Shown in pieces: positions 62,647 through 64,000 of a stretch of DNA of 64,000 bases (position 1 is the stretch's first letter; every line of letters starts with the position of its first letter). Source of the DNA: Geminicoccaceae bacterium (lineage in GTDB: Bacteria; Pseudomonadota; Alphaproteobacteria; Geminicoccales; Geminicoccaceae); contig CBDCHP010000013.1 in assembly GCA_965217265.1 (NCBI GenBank), positions 61,709-125,708 on the forward strand. Direction: 5' to 3'. The notes beneath the pieces were generated by a model. That model made no database searches and was not told where the DNA came from. It saw only the letters and a program-made list of their open reading frames with translations. The position numbers and the translations under genes were made by a program.

Positions 62647-62793
62647 GCACGCTTTGCGTCCGCTGCGCGGGGCTTTCCTTTCTTCTTTTTTGCAACTTTG
62701 ACTGGGGCTGGCCTCGGCGTTCGTGCCAGTCTGGGAACAACGAGCAAAAAAGAGAAGAAAAAGCCCGCGCGGCGGGCGCACGCGTAAGCGTTC
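62647..62793 (+). repeat. 147-bp imperfect palindromic intergenic element, copy 5
   Basis: GCACGCTTTGCGTCCGCTGCGCGGGGCTTTCCTTTCTTCTTTTTT ... GCAAAAAAGAGAAGAAAAAGCCCGCGCGGCGGGCGCACGCGTAAGCGTTC. Fills the spacer between the convergent DUF4142 gene and gatB. Confidence 0.9.
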
Positions 62794-64000
62794 ACCCCTC
62801 AACCGGCGGCAGTTTTGCCCGCAAGACTGCCTGCACCGACGCCGGGTTGGCCTTGCCGCCGGTCGCCTTCATCACTTGGCCGGTGAACCAGCCGATCACC
62901 TTCGGGTTCTTCTGGTAGGTCTCGACTTGGCCGGGATTGGCGGCGATGACCCGCTCGACCTCGGCCTCGATGGCGCCGGCGTCGGTCACTTGGCGCAGGC
63001 CGCGCTCCTCGACGATCGTCTCCGGCGCTTGGCCCGTGTCGAACATGAGGGCGAAGACGTCCTTGGCGGTGCGGCCGTTGATCGTCTGGTCGGCGATGAG
63101 GTCGATCAGCCGGCCTAGGTCCTTAGGCTCGATCGGGCTCTCGGCCAGGGTCTTGTTCTGCTTGGCGAGCGCCCCGAACAACTCGTTGATGACCCAGTTC
63201 GCCGCCTGCTTGCCGTCGCGGCCCTCGGCCACGGCCTCGAAGTAGGCGCCGGTGCCCTTGTCGGCGACGAGGACGCCGGCGTCGTAGGGGCTGAGGCCGT
63301 AAGACTCGACGTAACGCGCCTTCTTCGCGTCCGGCAGTTCGGGCAGGCAGGCTTCGATGCGCCCGACGTAGCCATCAGGCAGGACGACCGGCAGGAGGTC
63401 GGGGTCGGGGAAGTAGCGGTAGTCGTGCGCCTCCTCCTTCGATCGCATCGAGCGCGTCTCGCCCTTTTGCGCGTCGAACAGGCGCGTCTCCTGGAGGATG
63501 GCGCCGCCGCCCTCCAGGATCTCGACTTGGCGCTTGGCCTCGTACTCGATCGCGCGGGCGACGAAGCGCATCGAATTGACGTTCTTGATCTCGCAGCGCG
63601 TGCCGAAGTTCGTATCGCCTCGGCGGCGCACCGAGACGTTGGCGTCGCAGCGCAAGGAGCCTTCCTCCATGTTGCCGTCGCAAGTGCCCAAGTAGCGCAG
63701 GATCGTGCGCAGCTTCCTCATGTAGAGCACGGCCTCCTTGGGCGTGCGGATGTCGGGCTCGGAGACGATCTCCATCAAGGCGACGCCCGAGCGGTTGAGG
63801 TCGATCAGCGTCGAGGATTCTTGCTGGTCGTGCAAGGACTTGCCGGCGTCCATCTCCAGGTGGAGGCGCGTGATGCCGATCTCGCGCGCCGTGCCGTCGG
63901 GCATGTCGAGGGTGAGGACGCCCCCGCCCACGATCGGGTGCTGATACTGGCTGATCTGGTAGCCGCTCGGAAGGTCCGGGTAGAAGTAGTTCTTGCGCTC
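62792..64000 (-). CDS. gatB: Asp-tRNA(Asn)/Glu-tRNA(Gln) amidotransferase subunit B (N-terminus outside window)
   Basis: The frame is open to the window edge. [32 protein letters not shown] motifs and a C-terminal YqeY-like domain (ANPGQVE...[17 protein letters not shown]). Confidence 0.93.
   Translation of the reverse strand, partial: ERKNYFYPDLPSGYQISQYQHPIVGGGVLTLDMPDGTAREIGITRLHLEMDAGKSLHDQQESSTLIDLNRSGVALMEIVSEPDIRTPKEAVLYMRKLRTILRYLGTCDGNMEEGSLRCDANVSVRRRGDTNFGTRCEIKNVNSMRFVARAIEYEAKRQVEILEGGGAILQETRLFDAQKGETRSMRSKEEAHDYRYFPDPDLLPVVLPDGYVGRIEACLPELPDAKKARYVESYGLSPYDAGVLVADKGTGAYFEAVAEGRDGKQAANWVINELFGALAKQNKTLAESPIEPKDLGRLIDLIADQTINGRTAKDVFALMFDTGQAPETIVEERGLRQVTDAGAIEAEVERVIAANPGQVETYQKNPKVIGWFTGQVMKATGGKANPASVQAVLRAKLPPVEG

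Overview
High-GC chromosomal segment with alphaproteobacterial synteny (ntrBC-ntrYX-trkA-dat-hfq-hflX; pdhABC-lpd-lipA; eno-kdsA-pyrG-secG-tpiA; trpE / trpGDC-moaC-moeA-lexA; icd-dnaQ-coaE-maf; gatB). All calls come from reading the six-frame translations and recognising motifs; no database search was run. There are about 55 protein genes, mostly core metabolism and information processing, often translationally coupled through 4-nt NTGA start/stop overlaps. I found no rRNA, tRNA or CRISPR. Observations not explained by ordinary genes: (1) a family of ~146-bp imperfect palindromic elements with polypyrimidine/polypurine arms, five copies in 64 kb, almost all ends abutting or overlapping stop codons; (2) a two-gene operon at 1108-2942 encoding a baeRF-like (archaeo-eukaryotic release-factor-like) protein and an HPF/RaiA-cold-shock-domain fusion, behind a GGAAC-N17-CGTT general-stress (EcfG-type) promoter; a second such promoter drives a Gln-rich membrane protein at 57244; (3) an AT-rich ~0.7-kb insertion carrying a split membrane-anchor + pentapeptide-repeat gene pair, translationally coupled between lpdA and lipA; (4) an ExeM/NucH-type extracellular nuclease with an RTX tail and no N-terminal signal peptide; (5) a decayed RTX gene on an AT-rich islet next to a truncated palindromic element, between trpE and trpGDC; (6) a perfect 17-bp tandem duplication that frameshifts a small ORF; (7) hflX with no ATG/GTG/TTG start but a CTGA overlap with the hfq stop; (8) an alphaproteobacterial SOS box upstream of lexA. 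GC statements are hand counts on single 60-nt lines, not computed profiles.
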